A stretch of DNA of 26,015 nucleotides from a virus, in the UHGV virus genome UHGV-0203602, one strand, 5' to 3'. The position numbers were made by a program, and so were the translations under genes. This document shows, in pieces, positions 23,965 through 26,015 of this stretch (position 1 is the stretch's first letter; each line of letters starts with the position of its first letter). The notes below the pieces were generated by a model. It searched no databases. It was given only the letters and a program-made list of their open reading frames with translations, and was not told the DNA's origin.

Positions 23965-24851
23965 TAATTCGCTGTCCCTAAGAAGAACGGTGCAGGTTGA
24001 CCGATACGGATTGTCAGTGACAGTTTATCGTTCGTCTGCGCCAGGTTAGTAAACATCGAAATGTAATACAGGGCTTGTACACCGATAGCTTCAGTGTAGC
24101 TGAACTTCGAACCTGTGGCAGAGTCACCGGACGTTACCTGGTCTAAACCAGAGCACAGTGCCAGTTCAGAAATAATCGAACTACGAGGGCTGCCGCGCAT
24201 AATGCTGGTCACGTTCATGTACTCCTGAACGTCAAAGTCCGTCCACGGAATAACCAGGTCTGCACCTGATTCCACATAACGGCCATCAGGAATTGCAACG
24301 GTACCGTCATCGTCGTAATCGTAGTCCGGCAACACTTTCGGTACCGGGTTCAGTTCAGTATCCGTATAGACAAAGTCTTCTACAGTTTCAACACCGTTCT
24401 CACGCTTAATGTCGTAGTCGGTAGTTTTTACTGCACGCATGTCAATGCGTTTTAAGTAGTACGCCCAATACTCGCGCTTGTTGATGGTTTCCAGGGTGCG
24501 GAAAGCGTAGTTCTTACGCTGTTCATCAGACAAATCGTTGTCTTTAGTACGCAGGACAAACGGAACGCGTGAAAACATCCCGGACGCGATAGGTTCTTTA
24601 GCTACAGGAACAACATCAGCAACAACATCTGATGTGTCGACCATGTGGCCACGGTTACCAATCGCCATGTACTGCAAATGGGGACGTGCTTTACCATCCG
24701 GCACTGGGGTTTGCATGAGCTTATAAAACTCATTCAGTGTGGACTTCTGTGGGTATTGCACATCGGCACCGGTAATTAATGCGGTAGCCAGACGCATCGC
24801 ATTAAGTGTTACCGTCGAGAGTTTACCGTCGTAAACTTTGACATTAGACAT
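23964..24851 (-). CDS. Hypothetical protein (295 aa), possibly a virion or DNA-metabolism protein
   Basis: TAATG coupling to the RuvC-like gene; no recognisable motif. Confidence 0.75.
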   Translation of the reverse strand: MSNVKVYDGKLSTVTLNAMRLATALITGADVQYPQKSTLNEFYKLMQTPVPDGKARPHLQYMAIGNRGHMVDTSDVVADVVPVAKEPIASGMFSRVPFVLRTKDNDLSDEQRKNYAFRTLETINKREYWAYYLKRIDMRAVKTTDYDIKRENGVETVEDFVYTDTELNPVPKVLPDYDYDDDGTVAIPDGRYVESGADLVIPWTDFDVQEYMNVTSIMRGSPRSSIISELALCSGLDQVTSGDSATGSKFSYTEAIGVQALYYISMFTNLAQTNDKLSLTIRIGQPAPFFLGTAN

Positions 24852-25371
24852 TGATTAATTCTCCAGGGCGGAACCCGTCCAGCGCAAGTTTCGTCACGAG
24901 AGACGCCAACGTACGTGGTGTGGGGTCAGTAAATACGACCGGAATCGTTCCTTTAAAAGATAAGTGATTCGGGACTAAGCGAACATCATAAGAATCGAGG
25001 TACTCACTGATAGGCTCGATCATAATCTCGTCTTCAGAAAAATCAATACCGTACTGAGCAACGATATAGTCTGCCAGTTCTTGACTGCTGGTTACTTCAC
25101 CTTTCGGTACTGTAACCGGCTCGTCAGCTAAGAACGTTGCCAGGTCAACACGGGTTAAGATGAATTCCTGGTTCCCTGCAACACCGTTTTTAAAGTCAGC
25201 AGCCACTTTCGATTCCAGTCCGTAACGACGGGCTTCGTCTTTCGTCAGCGGTTGCACACCTTTATCGTTAAAATCGATGTTGTCAGTGGTATAGGATACC
25301 CCGAAAACGTAGTTAATACGATCTACCAGAATTTGTTTCGGAGTTTTCGTTAAGTCGACGCGATATGCCAT
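24844..25371 (-). CDS. Hypothetical protein (about 176 aa)
   Basis: Start placed at ATG 25369-25371 (MAYRVDLTKTPKQ), which removes the overlap produced by the track's longer call. Confidence 0.65.
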   Translation of the reverse strand: MAYRVDLTKTPKQILVDRINYVFGVSYTTDNIDFNDKGVQPLTKDEARRYGLESKVAADFKNGVAGNQEFILTRVDLATFLADEPVTVPKGEVTSSQELADYIVAQYGIDFSEDEIMIEPISEYLDSYDVRLVPNHLSFKGTIPVVFTDPTPRTLASLVTKLALDGFRPGELINV

Positions 25372-25378
25372 GGTTTTC

Positions 25379-26015
25379 TCACTTAGGTAGCTGGTCAAGC
25401 GTGAAGCCGTCAAGATCGTTAATTTTCACCTGTTCGTTTAACGTCCAATCGTCAAGCGAAGATTTCACTTTAACAACCCCGGTAGTCGGCTCGTTAATAT
25501 CCACCACAACCTGCTGTGTTACTTTCACTCGGATGCCCATGTAAATGTTCATCCTGAGTTTGATGTGCTGCGGCATCGACAGTTCTTTAATAACAGGCGC
25601 TGCCGGTAACACAGTGTCGGTGGACATATACTGGTGACGCGTAACTTGCTGTACGCCTAAGAGGGGTTCAATAATTGTAATTGTCCCCTCCCCACTCATA
25701 GGGATATCCCCTAAGATGGGACAGAGCGGGTCCATAACGTCGTAAGAATCTGACCCCATTCGAGCAGCAAAATGTACGGTGTAGGATGACAACTTCGTCA
25801 TCAGTCGTACCATTGCACGCTGAATCTCAGACTGTGAAATCGTTGCACGGGTTTCCAGGTTAGTCGCGGTGTTAAACGCATCAATAGCAATGTCTTGCCA
25901 CGTCTCCGCTGAAACCAACGTATAATCTAACCCGAACGTTTTAAAGAACTCATCGTAGTTACGATAGTTCAGTTTTAAATCGCAACGATAATCACGATAA
26001 CGGTACCAAACACAC
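25379..26015 (-). CDS. Hypothetical protein; N-terminus lies beyond the 3' end of the window
   Basis: The reading frame stays open from 26014 through the track's TTG at 25918 (...YRNYDEFFKTFGLDYTLVSAETWQD...), so the track's 179-aa call is a truncation. Confidence 0.7.
   Translation of the reverse strand, partial: CVWYRYRDYRCDLKLNYRNYDEFFKTFGLDYTLVSAETWQDIAIDAFNTATNLETRATISQSEIQRAMVRLMTKLSSYTVHFAARMGSDSYDVMDPLCPILGDIPMSGEGTITIIEPLLGVQQVTRHQYMSTDTVLPAAPVIKELSMPQHIKLRMNIYMGIRVKVTQQVVVDINEPTTGVVKVKSSLDDWTLNEQVKINDLDGFTLDQLPK

Noticed and set aside
1-26015. CRISPR array, rRNA genes, insertion sequences or transposases, integrase or attachment sites
   Set aside because: No regularly spaced direct repeats, no long non-coding stretch, no transposase- or integrase-like protein motif and no terminal inverted repeats were seen. 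tRNAs cannot be excluded by eye, but the only gaps over 100 nt (16663-16821, 19188-19337) show no obvious cloverleaf.

Overview
This 26,015-bp window reads as one contiguous block of a tailed dsDNA bacteriophage genome. All credible genes (about 41 CDS) lie on the minus strand; the plus-strand ORFs in the track are antisense artefacts. Genes are tightly packed with many ATGA/TAATG stop-start overlaps, and the block is divided by at least eight intrinsic terminators (GC hairpin followed by a T-run on the minus strand) that fall into a few sequence families, several with C(UUCG)G tetraloops. Recognisable products, all judged by eye from motifs: a lambda Stf-like side tail fibre (partial, runs off the 5' end); a 1001-aa aromatic-rich protein, possibly a carbohydrate-active receptor-binding enzyme; a 153-aa protein sharing the tail-fibre N-terminal domain; a Dam-family N6-adenine methyltransferase; three GNAT acetyltransferase-like proteins; a thymidylate/dNMP kinase; an XRE-type HTH regulator; a RuvC-like resolvase; a SLOG/DprA-like protein; a DUF488-like protein; and an HslV/proteasome-beta-like Ntn hydrolase. 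Most other proteins have no family I can recognise from sequence. No integrase, repressor switch, CRISPR array, rRNA or transposase was seen; tRNAs cannot be excluded by eye. I could not assign the phage to a known genus. The candidates I would follow up first are the HslV-like peptidase heading a ten-gene operon of unknowns, the translationally fused GNAT-Dam-unknown cassette with a neighbouring acidic protein, and the split tail-fibre/enzyme module. All functional calls need profile searches (HHpred, BLASTP, Foldseek) that I cannot run here.
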